Source: an uncultured archaeon
GTDB taxonomy: Archaea; Thermoplasmatota; Penumbrarchaeia; JASLWR01
Assembly (NCBI GenBank): GCA_964430885.1
Contig: CAYSHM010000035.1
Location: forward strand, 1-18,172
Direction of reading: 5' to 3'
DNA length: 18,172 nucleotides
The translations under genes were made by a program, and so were the position numbers. Below, one piece after another: positions 1 to 9,230 of this stretch (positions are counted from its first letter, which is position 1; every line of letters starts with the position of its first letter). The notes below the pieces were generated by a model. The model saw nothing but the letters and a program-made list of their open reading frames with translations. It did not search any database and was not told the origin of the DNA.

Positions 1-502
1 TATTGTTATAATGAATATTTTGGTTACTGGAGGTTAATTCTCGGGCGGGCTCTTATAAGTAGTTTATGATTTAATTGATTCCATTACGAAGAATTAATTT
101 ATAATTATTATATTAATTACGAATAATTAAAAATATTACTGTTAGATAATATTTTCTCAAAACAATTCCCTGCGATCTTATGTTCATAAAATAAAAATGG
201 ACCGAAGGGAGTTCAGGGATTAGATTTAAAAATTTTGTTGAATGTTTATCGAAATCACAGTGAATGAGATTTCTCCTTGACATTTACTAGAAACATTTAT
301 TATTCATCAAATTCTAATATATGAACACAAAACATATTGGCCTTTGTTAGTTGAAAAATGCAACTAGGATGAATACCTGATAGATATAAGCTGAGTTTCA
401 TTTTATACCTGTAAAAAGAAAAATTGATCACATAAAAATGAAAACAGTAATAGTGTATTGGAACACTATTGAATAAGGATTATCACATGGGAAGGTGAAA
501 AA

Positions 503-3049
503 ATGACTGCTGACACTAAGAAAAAAATTATTTCTGGAATACTTTGCTCTTTTCTTATACTGGGTTTGGTATTCCCTCTCGGGAACGAATCTTTCTGGAC
601 TTTGAACAGTAGGGCAGAGAGCATTACCAAAAGAGTGCTAATAGAATGGAACGGAACCGTTAACGTGGATGATGATACGAACATCCCTGCCGGTACTGAA
701 CTCCATATAGCCCCGGGAACTATAGTGGAAATGGCCTATAGTGCCGAGCTGTACATCCATGGGACCATTACTGTCGCCGGGACGGATGCTGAACCAGTGA
801 TTTTCAGGAGCGCTACTCCCCCGGACCGATGGGGATCCATCCATGTTTATCATGACAGTGTGAACAGTGTTTTCAGAAATGCTACAATAAAAGAAGGGCA
901 GTACGGTATAAGAGGCCAAAATGCGGAATTTGAGGTTTACGACCTGACCATCACAAACTGCAAGTACGGCATCGGAGCAGTCCAGGGGAGCGATATATAC
1001 ATCGAGAATACAAATATTGATAATTCCATGTTCTTCAGTGTTTATGGGGAAGGATCAGAGGTAACCTTTTACAACTGTACAATTGGGAGCAACGGCGAGG
1101 ACGATATGCATTTGGATCAGCATGTTGGAAACGGCTGTGTCATCAACTTCATTAACGGCAATTACAATTTCAATTCTCTTTCCATTCAGGATGCTAACAC
1201 GGAAGTCAATAGATGCTGGTCAATGGACATTCAAATCACCGAAGGAGGAGATGGCAGTCCAATCCATGGAGCAGGGGTTACTATTCAAAGAAGCAATTAT
1301 CAAGAGGCGTTCAGCGGTTCAACGGGAACTGACGGCCGGATCAGAGGAATCGTATTGACCCAGATCCAGTATAAAGAGGTTGGGCCAATTACATTCAATC
1401 CATTCATATTCACAATTGAAATGAATGGGTTCGGTACCAATGTGTCCACAATTACTATTGAGGATTTCACAAAAATCACTATCCCCTTGTATCCCGCCAA
1501 CAGTGCCCCAGAACTGACTCAGGACATACCGCTTCTGGAAACCATGCAGAATTCAGGGGATAATGAACTTATCGATCTGCGATTACATTTCCAAGACGAT
1601 AATACCGCTGATGATGATCTGACCTTCACGGTAAACTACAATTCCAATCCCGCTGATGTTGATATCTTTTTAAAAAATGATTATTTCCTCACAATAAACA
1701 CCACGCGAAATCGGCTTTTCAATGGTTTAGTTGGTTCAAAGGTAATAGCGGAGGATGAGAATGGCGAATCTTCATTGAGCAATAATTTCTATATCGATGT
1801 TCTAGAGGTCCCCTTGCCTCCGGAGATCATTCCATTCCCCGATTTCAATCTTCAAGAGGGAGAGGTGAAGCTCACTGCCCTCTATGTTTTTGACCATGTA
1901 AGCGACCCCGATACCGATTACGAAGATCTGGTAATAACCCTTGTAAACAATACTCATGGAGCCAATGTTGATGTGAAGATCGTCGGGGATGTACTCAAGA
2001 TCATACCTCTGAAGGATTACAATGGTGACGGTTCCGTGGAGGTCAGCGTGGATGATGGAAATTTCACACTGGTGGATAAATTCTTTATTAATATCACTCC
2101 GGCCAACGACCCGCCGGAACTCAGTATTGACACCCCGGCCAATGATGATAAGGTAGGAAACACTACCCATATCATAGGAAATGCTTCGGACATTGACGGG
2201 GACGCACTTACTTTGACCATGGAGATAGGACAAAGCACTCAAACCCATGATGTTGATGGAAATTTTGACATCCTCCTGGACCTCAGCAATTATCTTGGGA
2301 AAAGTATAACCATAAAGCTCACACTAAGCGACGGTAGAGTGGAAGACATCGTTATTATCACGCTTGAAGTAATGGACGTCTCCGGTGCAGACACGGACAA
2401 TGACGGCACACCGGACGACTTGGATGATGATGACGACAATGACGGGGTCGAGGATGGACTTGATGATTTCCCTCTGGATCCCGCTGCTTCAAAGGATGAT
2501 GACAATGACGGATTCCCCGATACCTGGAACCCGGGTATGAACGAGGGAAATTCCACAACAGGCCTCGAACTTGATATGTTCCCCGACAACGAATTCGAAT
2601 GGTTCGATTCCGACAACGACGGTGTGGGAAACAACGGCGATTCATTTCCAATGGACCCCGCTGCTTCAAAGGATGAGGATCTGGATGGATCCCCCGACCA
2701 ATGGAACACAGGAAAGGAGCAGAACGATTCAACAACAGGTCTCCATCTGGACTCATTCCCTCTAGATTCTGCCGCAAGCCGGGATTCCGATGGGGACGGC
2801 TATCCTGACGAATGGAATCAGGGAAAAACGGAAGCTGACTCAATCACAGGGCTCAAAATTGACCAATATCCAAATGATCCTAACAAAAATACCGCTGATG
2901 ATACCCCGGATGATGACGATGATACGGATCCCCAGGAGAACACACCCAAGAAATCGGATTCTCCAGGATTCAAGATGCCCATGGTGATCACTGTCATGAT
3001 CTTTGGGATATTCCTATTATCATACTTCAGAAAGAAAAAGATGAATTGA
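503..3049 (+). CDS. Secreted cell-surface protein (848 aa): N-terminal signal/anchor, right-handed beta-helix region, cadherin/Ig-like domains, thrombospondin type-3-like Asp-rich repeats, C-terminal PGF-CTERM sorting signal
   Basis: N-terminus KKKII followed by a hydrophobic stretch. 'ELHIAPGTIVEM...GTITVAGTDAEPVIFRS...WGSI' is a typical beta-helix start. 'PANSAP', 'PANDPP' and 'DYNGDGSVEVSVDDG' are cadherin-like linkers. DxDxDGxPD repeats are present. C-terminus SPGF + hydrophobic helix + RKKK. SD GAAGGTGA at 491-498. Confidence 0.85.
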   Translation: MTADTKKKIISGILCSFLILGLVFPLGNESFWTLNSRAESITKRVLIEWNGTVNVDDDTNIPAGTELHIAPGTIVEMAYSAELYIHGTITVAGTDAEPVIFRSATPPDRWGSIHVYHDSVNSVFRNATIKEGQYGIRGQNAEFEVYDLTITNCKYGIGAVQGSDIYIENTNIDNSMFFSVYGEGSEVTFYNCTIGSNGEDDMHLDQHVGNGCVINFINGNYNFNSLSIQDANTEVNRCWSMDIQITEGGDGSPIHGAGVTIQRSNYQEAFSGSTGTDGRIRGIVLTQIQYKEVGPITFNPFIFTIEMNGFGTNVSTITIEDFTKITIPLYPANSAPELTQDIPLLETMQNSGDNELIDLRLHFQDDNTADDDLTFTVNYNSNPADVDIFLKNDYFLTINTTRNRLFNGLVGSKVIAEDENGESSLSNNFYIDVLEVPLPPEIIPFPDFNLQEGEVKLTALYVFDHVSDPDTDYEDLVITLVNNTHGANVDVKIVGDVLKIIPLKDYNGDGSVEVSVDDGNFTLVDKFFINITPANDPPELSIDTPANDDKVGNTTHIIGNASDIDGDALTLTMEIGQSTQTHDVDGNFDILLDLSNYLGKSITIKLTLSDGRVEDIVIITLEVMDVSGADTDNDGTPDDLDDDDDNDGVEDGLDDFPLDPAASKDDDNDGFPDTWNPGMNEGNSTTGLELDMFPDNEFEWFDSDNDGVGNNGDSFPMDPAASKDEDLDGSPDQWNTGKEQNDSTTGLHLDSFPLDSAASRDSDGDGYPDEWNQGKTEADSITGLKIDQYPNDPNKNTADDTPDDDDDTDPQENTPKKSDSPGFKMPMVITVMIFGIFLLSYFRKKKMN
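2468..2866 (+). repeat. Three 37-aa (111-nt) intragenic repeats FP(L/M)DxAAS(K/R)DxDxDGxPDxWNxG...S(T/I)TGLx(L/I)D, with one 22-aa TSP3-like unit between copies 1 and 2
   Basis: Units start at 2468, 2645 and 2756. DNA similarity between copies 1 and 2 is visible (cccgctgcttcaaaggatga). Confidence 0.85.
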
Positions 3050-3141
3050 TTCTGGTAATAATACCATACTCGGGATCATCATAATGGATGGTCTGTTTAC
3101 TGCAACTTATGTAATGAACAGAAGAGAATAATTGAATGGAC

Positions 3142-5826
3142 CTATTCCAGCCTGGAGGATTTCCCCTCCTTAATTTTCCATATGAACTTTCTCAAGATAT
3201 CTATGGGTATGATAACGAAAGAGAATCCAATTATGTATAACCATTCTTTGGGGTGAAGAGGCACGGTTCTAAGCACCTCTCCTCCAAAATAGGTGAATAT
3301 CACTTGGATGATGAAGATAAGAGTAATGATAATAATGAAATTCTTGTTATTGCCAAGATTATCAAAAAGATTCATACATTGAGTTCTGGCGTTGAAGGTA
3401 TTGAAATTGGCTATGAATACAAAGAAGGAGAAGAAAGCGGTAAGAAGGACCTCCTCATCGCCCCTGAACAATTCCTTTATCCAGGGGATCTTCAAAAATG
3501 CCAAACTGAGGACCGCCATTGAGATACCCTGAATAAGTATAGCTACCCACATCTCTCTGGTTATTATTGGAGCATCCTTGGGGATGGGTTCTTCATGCAT
3601 TGTCCTACTAGAAGGATATTCACCGGCAATAGCGATTCCCGCCAGGGTATCCATGATGAGATTTATCCAAAGGAGTTGGGTCATGGTAAGAGGTAGTTCG
3701 TAACCGAAGAAGGGGCCCAGCCAGGCAACAATGATTGCCGCCACATTTATGGATAACTGGAAAACCAGGAATTTTCGAATGGATTTGAACAATGTCCTTC
3801 CGAATAGAATCGCCTGGGTGATGGAAGAGAAGTTATCATCAAGTATTACAATATCGCTGGATTCTTTGGTCATTTCAGTACCGGAACCCATGGCAAAACC
3901 CACATCTGCGTTCTTAACCGCCGGAGCATCGTTTACCCCGTCACCAGTCATACCTACAACCCAATTGAGATCCTTGGCTGCCTTGATCAGACGGCTCTTA
4001 TCCGTGGGCAGGGCTCTTGCTATGACCTGCAGGTTAGGCAGGATTCCCTTCAATTCCTTATCTGACAATTCAGACAGTTCTGCCGATGTAATCACCTTTC
4101 CCACACCTTCATCCAGAAGCCCTACGTCTTTTGCAATGGCCTTGGCAGTTTCCTTGGAATCACCGGTCATCATCACTACCTTTATGCCTGCATCCCTTGC
4201 AAGTTCGATAGCAAGTGGAATCTTCTTTCTTATTTTATCCCTGAGGGCGAACAATCCCACCAGAGTCAATGATGAAGGGAGGGAATGATCCGCGGAGATG
4301 TCTTCTTCACTAAAAGCCACAACTAGAAACCTCATCTCCCTTTTGGATAGATTTACTATCTCTTTTTCAATATCTTCCATATGATCAAGCGGTTGTTTCT
4401 TGCCCTTTTCATCAAGATAGAAATTGCAGTATGGAAGCAGCATCTCCGGAGCACCCTTAACAAGTGTCAGATCGTGTTTACCCTTCACCTGCGCAGCGGA
4501 GAACTTCCTGGAACTGGAAAATGGAATGGTGTCCACCGTTTTTAGACCTTTATGAGCATCCTTTTTCCTATCGAAGCTTGGATACAGAAAATTTAGGATA
4601 GCTCTTTCAGTGGAGTTGGCCCCGAGAAAAGTCGGATTTTTCGGGTCGGAAAGATCGATTATAGCACTGGTATTAAACCTAACAGCATATAATAAAAGTG
4701 AAAGGAAAGGTTTGGGTATTTGGTTCAGTTCGGTATATTTTTTTAAACCTCCGGTAAAGAAATCATAGACTGAGAGAGAACCTTTTGTTATTGTTCCAGT
4801 TTTATCTGTAAAAAGGACTGTGAGGCTTCCTGTTGTCTCGATACCAAGCAATTTTCTTACCAGTACATTCTGCTTCAAGAGTTTCCTCATATTGAGGGAT
4901 AGAACTGCAGCTATCATCATGGGCAGTCCTTCTGGGACTGCAACGACAATAATGATTATTGCTAAAGTGATTGCCAATACTACATGACTTACTATCTCCT
5001 CCGCTTCCAATGCAGCATAAGCGGAAAGACTGCCGACGTCTATGAAAATATGGTATATCATTATAGAAATAGCAATAAGTATAGCGCCAACATACCCGAA
5101 GGTGCTGATCTGCTTTCCAAGGACCGACAGCTTTTTCTGAAGCGGGGATAAACGGTCTTCTGCGGACACAATCTCCTTGATGGTCTTGCCATACATGGTC
5201 TTGTCTCCAACGGCGGTTATCTCAATAACCCCCTTCCCATCAACAATCAAAGCAGAACGTGGAAGGGTGCTCTCTTCCTCATGGGCATGTACGGTATTCT
5301 CACCTTTTTTCTTTTTAGAAATATCCAGAGGATACTTCTTTACCGGACGTGATTCTCCGGTCAAAGGTGCCTGATTGAGTTCAAGCTGTCCTTCCAGTAG
5401 GGTTCCATCGGCGGGCACCATATCTCCAGGCTGTACCAGAACCTTATCCCCTACCACGAGGTCCCTGATCATCACCTTGATGAGATGACCCGATCTAAAG
5501 GTCTTAACAGTGATCGGAGAAGCATCTTCCAATAACTGCTGAAAAGTGGTCTCGTTCCGGTGTTCCGACCATGTTGCAACAAGAATAGCAATAACAACGG
5601 CAATAGCGATCCCGATACCTTCGTACCATGAAGCAAATCCGAGAACTGCCAGGATCATGGTTATTCCAAGGGCGACAATTAGAATGATAATTATAGGATC
5701 CTTGATATTGTTCCAGAGCTTATCAAAGAATGTTTCCCTCTCGAGGGTGGTCACTTCATTGGACCCGTTCTTGGTCCTGGATGCGGCCACCTGCTTTTCG
5801 GTCAAACCCTTGTATTCCATCATCAT
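3142..5826 (-). CDS. Calcium-translocating P-type ATPase, PMCA-like (type IIB-like), about 894 aa
   Basis: Motifs TGES, VAVPEGLP, DKTGT (phospho-Asp), KGAPE, MTGD, MTGDGVNDAP, FQLSINVAA and QLLWINLIMDT. Start moved from the ORF-track GTG at 5889 to ATG at 5826 because SD GGGTGA lies at 5840-5835. Confidence 0.9.
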   Translation of the reverse strand: MMMEYKGLTEKQVAASRTKNGSNEVTTLERETFFDKLWNNIKDPIIIILIVALGITMILAVLGFASWYEGIGIAIAVVIAILVATWSEHRNETTFQQLLEDASPITVKTFRSGHLIKVMIRDLVVGDKVLVQPGDMVPADGTLLEGQLELNQAPLTGESRPVKKYPLDISKKKKGENTVHAHEEESTLPRSALIVDGKGVIEITAVGDKTMYGKTIKEIVSAEDRLSPLQKKLSVLGKQISTFGYVGAILIAISIMIYHIFIDVGSLSAYAALEAEEIVSHVVLAITLAIIIIVVAVPEGLPMMIAAVLSLNMRKLLKQNVLVRKLLGIETTGSLTVLFTDKTGTITKGSLSVYDFFTGGLKKYTELNQIPKPFLSLLLYAVRFNTSAIIDLSDPKNPTFLGANSTERAILNFLYPSFDRKKDAHKGLKTVDTIPFSSSRKFSAAQVKGKHDLTLVKGAPEMLLPYCNFYLDEKGKKQPLDHMEDIEKEIVNLSKREMRFLVVAFSEEDISADHSLPSSLTLVGLFALRDKIRKKIPLAIELARDAGIKVVMMTGDSKETAKAIAKDVGLLDEGVGKVITSAELSELSDKELKGILPNLQVIARALPTDKSRLIKAAKDLNWVVGMTGDGVNDAPAVKNADVGFAMGSGTEMTKESSDIVILDDNFSSITQAILFGRTLFKSIRKFLVFQLSINVAAIIVAWLGPFFGYELPLTMTQLLWINLIMDTLAGIAIAGEYPSSRTMHEEPIPKDAPIITREMWVAILIQGISMAVLSLAFLKIPWIKELFRGDEEVLLTAFFSFFVFIANFNTFNARTQCMNLFDNLGNNKNFIIIITLIFIIQVIFTYFGGEVLRTVPLHPKEWLYIIGFSFVIIPIDILRKFIWKIKEGKSSRLE

Positions 5827-6219
5827 ATCTTTTTTCACCCTTCTTGGAATAAAAATCGTTCTAATAGATAGTCTGTAAGTATTCTGCACACTAGTATATG
5901 CTCTATCTTCCTCGTCATCAATATTCTCTCAATATTGGTATTTGGGGATCTGGATTATTCCTAATGAAATTATTATATCATGATTTTACGGCCCATTTGG
6001 GTAAATTAATCCTGCAAAGAGCATTTATCTATCACCGCAAATAATCCATGGAATAAATGGATAGTTCTGGGCCCCTAGATTTTGGTGGATTGAAATTCTA
6101 CAAGAATAATTTATTATATTTAACAGATTCCACTTATATTACACAGTAAATAATTAAATATTGGATTATTGAATCCATAATCTATCCATCAACTGAAATA
6201 TAATTCAGCGATTAGCCAT

Positions 6220-6256
6220 AAAAAAAAAGAAAAATTTGGGGATTTTCAACTCCCCA
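6220..6256 (-). terminator. Hairpin plus long U-tract terminator downstream of the carbamoyltransferase gene
   Basis: Minus strand reads TGGGGA-gttgaaaa-TCCCCA, then aa and TTTTTCTTTTTTTTT. It begins about 30 nt after the stop codon. Confidence 0.65.
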
Positions 6257-6287
6257 TAAACTTATGAATATCATATTTTGAAAAATA

Positions 6288-7241
6288 TTATTCCATTGCT
6301 CCCAAGACCAGGGCCAAGAGTGCCATTCTCATGACAACGCCGTTGAAAGCTTCAGTCCAGTAGCGGGAATGTCTCGTCTCGTCAACATCCGACGGAAGTT
6401 CGTCCATCCTCGGAAGCGAGTGAAGAATGATAACATCGCTCCTGGCTTTCTCCCGCAGAAGTTTTCGGGTAACCTTATAGTTCTCAGGGGTCAATCCCTT
6501 GTCCTCGGTTGCGTCCTGCCTTGCTTTCGTATAATCAGGCTGAACCACAGGTTCCATGTAGATCATATCCGCATCCCCGATAACCTTCTCCACATGATCG
6601 ACAAAGTCATATCGGGCATTCTTCTTATCCATGATATCGATATATTCCTGGGTCATTGACATTTCAGGGGGGAAAATAAAATTAGTTTCGATATCGAATT
6701 GGGTTATAGCATGGGCCATGGAGTGCATTGTCCTCATTCTGCCGTCGCCTACACAGAGAAAGTTCAATCCGTCAAGTGTGCCCAATTCCTTCCATACGGT
6801 ATATAGATCTGTGAGTACCTGAGTAGGATGCTCACCCCATCCGTCGCCGCAGTTGATGATGGGAACACTTGCCCATTTGGCAGCTTCCGCTGGTGTACCC
6901 TGCTGGAAATGTCTCATTGCTATTACATCCCCGTAATACTCCAGCATCTTCACCGTATCCTTGATGGATTCCTGATAAAAATCCCCTGCACGAGTCATCT
7001 TGGCATCAGAAAAACCTTCCACGGCCCCACCCAATCTATGCATTCCAGCTTCAGTTGCCAGTCTTGTTCTTGTGCTGGGCTGATAGAACGCTGTGACCAA
7101 TGTCTTTTCCTTCAATAGATCACAGTTCTGTCTATTTCTGGCATATGGAGCCAATTCATCTGCGATCTCAAATATTCTCATATAATCTTCTTTCTCGAAA
7201 TCCTTGAGGGACAATATGTCCTTTCCTAGAAAACTTCTCAT
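6288..7241 (-). CDS. Aspartate-carbamoyltransferase-like transcarbamylase (pseudo-ATCase; possibly ureidoglycine carbamoyltransferase-like), 317 aa
   Basis: Carbamoyl-phosphate motifs STRT, RH, HPTQ and HSLPR are present. The ATCase aspartate-binding RxQxER motif is replaced by EPVVQPDY, and the 80s-loop KGE by TRAGDFYQE. SD GAGGTG at 7254-7249. Confidence 0.85.
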   Translation of the reverse strand: MRSFLGKDILSLKDFEKEDYMRIFEIADELAPYARNRQNCDLLKEKTLVTAFYQPSTRTRLATEAGMHRLGGAVEGFSDAKMTRAGDFYQESIKDTVKMLEYYGDVIAMRHFQQGTPAEAAKWASVPIINCGDGWGEHPTQVLTDLYTVWKELGTLDGLNFLCVGDGRMRTMHSMAHAITQFDIETNFIFPPEMSMTQEYIDIMDKKNARYDFVDHVEKVIGDADMIYMEPVVQPDYTKARQDATEDKGLTPENYKVTRKLLREKARSDVIILHSLPRMDELPSDVDETRHSRYWTEAFNGVVMRMALLALVLGAME

Positions 7242-7545
7242 TCATCTACACCTCAAATCTTACATACTTATTCCGAATAATTCCGAACCATGATTATTGT
7301 TTCAGTATCTAATAATCGTGTTTCCATTCCTTTTAGAAACCGGTCTTGGGGATAGGCCCTCATGCTTTATTAACTTATTTTCAAAAGAAAATTAAAAGTA
7401 ATTTAAAAGGTACCGTAATTGAAAAAAATACCTATAAAGGAACAATATGCCTTTAAGAATAATCTGCGGAGCTCGACTGTGCTGCAGATAATGGAAAAAA
7501 CGGACCTGTGAACTAACATAAGAAATTGTCTATAAATTCACATCA

Positions 7546-9132
7546 TTAGGACCTCTGGAAAAAATCATCCAATATTTTACTGCCATCGCTTATCATACTT
7601 TCAGTTAATGAACCATACTTTCTCTCGATAACAGTCAGGTATTCCTCATATAGATCTATTTTCACAGGCAGAGCAAAGGGTAGTGAGATAGAGGTTATCA
7701 AGGCTTCCCCAGGCATCAGCATCTGAACTTCGGCTCCGAGACCGGACATATCCTGCTTGGCGGATTGTTTCAGCATATCACGATCACGTTTGTCACCCAA
7801 ACCGAGTATGAAGAGAGTGTTGAATTGGGAAAGTATCTCCTCGTCAATTAACTTCGGCTGCTGGGATATGGCGCAAAGACCGACCCTGAACTTCCTTCCT
7901 TCCCTGGCTATCTGGGTGTAGATATTCCTTCTTACACCCTGATTTCCGAACCCCTGTCTTCCCAGAACCCTCTGTGCTTCCTCCATAGTGATAAGTACGG
8001 GTAATAGATCTGTAAAGTTTTCTGTTCTGGTGTACTGCCGTTTGTGATATCTGAAAACTGACCGGGCTATGACTATGCTTATAAGCAGTTCCTCTGCCTC
8101 TCCCATGGAGGATGTATCCACAAGTACAGTCTTTCCCTCCTGAAGATAGGATATTATCTTTTTTGTTATGGTTATCTCTGGGTCTCTATGCAGAAGATTG
8201 TACGAGAAAAGGTTCTTCAGTTTTCTTCTTATCACTCCCAGGGTCGAATCATAAGTGCCTTCAAGATGAAAGCTCAATTCCTCCATGGGTTTGTCATGAA
8301 GATTCGTTACCCATTCATCACCATATAATCTTTTGGCCGATCTAAGAGCATCCCTCTGGGGACCCGTGAACTCATAAAGCTGTTCCAGGTCATCAACCTC
8401 GATCTCCTTGGAACTGACCTTGATCGGCTCATAAGTGCCGGAAAGCTTCCTAGCTGAAAAAACTCGGAGATTTTTCCTTGCGAGTGGATGATGAATCAAT
8501 CCCTTTCGATCTTGGCCACCTCCATCGAAATATTCCCCGTGTGGATCGAAAATCAATAATCCCGTTATCCCTTTCTCAATACATGATGCAGACAAACGTT
8601 TCATCAGATTGGATTTACCCATGCCTGTTGTGGCGAAAACCCCTACATGGGATGGCAGATCCTTAGAATGAACACCTACAGGAATATTTACCTCCCTCTC
8701 GCCGCTCCTGAGGAGCCCTACCTTGATATCCCCCATGAAATCCTCAAGAAGTTTCAGGTCGTTATCATCGGCTCTTCTAACCCCGCCGAAATGGGCGGGC
8801 ATGGTCTTCGGTTTCTTGAAAATACCGTTCTCCATATAACCCAGAGGCTTGCATACCCCCACCTTATAGAGTCTTCTTTCCCTATCGTGCAGTTCAAACT
8901 CCAATTTCCCCTGTTCGAAATTGATCATATTTCCTGCAGTCCTTGCCGCCCAATCCGGGTCTGCTGCCTCGAAGCCCATCCTGATATCGAATATTCTAAG
9001 CAGGAATTCCCTTCTGGTTGCGGGGTCCATTCCCATGAGTATTTCCCCGAGAAAAATATCCTGGCCGAAGGCTGCCCTGAATCGGATCTCCCTTACGTTC
9101 TCACCTATTATCCTGCCTATGTTCCTGATCAA
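7546..9132 (-). CDS. herA: HerA-family (DUF87/FtsK-HerA) ATPase/DNA translocase, 528 aa
   Basis: N-terminal HAS-barrel-like region, Walker A FATTGMGKSN, Walker B ITMEEAQR, arginine-finger region IAREGRKF, and ISQQP. TTG start with SD GGTGA at 9142-9138. Adjacent to nurA. Confidence 0.88.
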   Translation of the reverse strand: MIRNIGRIIGENVREIRFRAAFGQDIFLGEILMGMDPATRREFLLRIFDIRMGFEAADPDWAARTAGNMINFEQGKLEFELHDRERRLYKVGVCKPLGYMENGIFKKPKTMPAHFGGVRRADDNDLKLLEDFMGDIKVGLLRSGEREVNIPVGVHSKDLPSHVGVFATTGMGKSNLMKRLSASCIEKGITGLLIFDPHGEYFDGGGQDRKGLIHHPLARKNLRVFSARKLSGTYEPIKVSSKEIEVDDLEQLYEFTGPQRDALRSAKRLYGDEWVTNLHDKPMEELSFHLEGTYDSTLGVIRRKLKNLFSYNLLHRDPEITITKKIISYLQEGKTVLVDTSSMGEAEELLISIVIARSVFRYHKRQYTRTENFTDLLPVLITMEEAQRVLGRQGFGNQGVRRNIYTQIAREGRKFRVGLCAISQQPKLIDEEILSQFNTLFILGLGDKRDRDMLKQSAKQDMSGLGAEVQMLMPGEALITSISLPFALPVKIDLYEEYLTVIERKYGSLTESMISDGSKILDDFFQRS

Positions 9133-9230
9133 TTAAATCACCATTTTTTATTATCATCAAGCTGCATTTTCAAATTCATCATCATCATGATCGTCAGCAT
9201 TATTATGATCGTTATTTCCAAATAACATTT

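Noticed and set aside
1-502. AT-rich region as an origin, ncRNA or CRISPR leader
   Set aside because: No repeat array, ORB-like motif, tRNA fold or convincing GC-rich stem was seen. It is consistent with ordinary intergenic DNA.
5890-6219. AT-rich spacer with short hairpins such as TGGATT-attg-AATCCA (6162-6177)
   Set aside because: The stems are short and expected by chance at this composition. No ORF or terminal repeats of a mobile element.
7462-7489. Imperfect hairpin ATCTGC...GCAGAT downstream of herA as a terminator
   Set aside because: The stem is interrupted and only a weak U-tract follows, so support is insufficient.
8647-9225. 192-aa antisense ORF over herA, and the other short overlapping or antisense ORFs in the track
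   Set aside because: They are shadows of well-supported genes, with no recognisable motifs.
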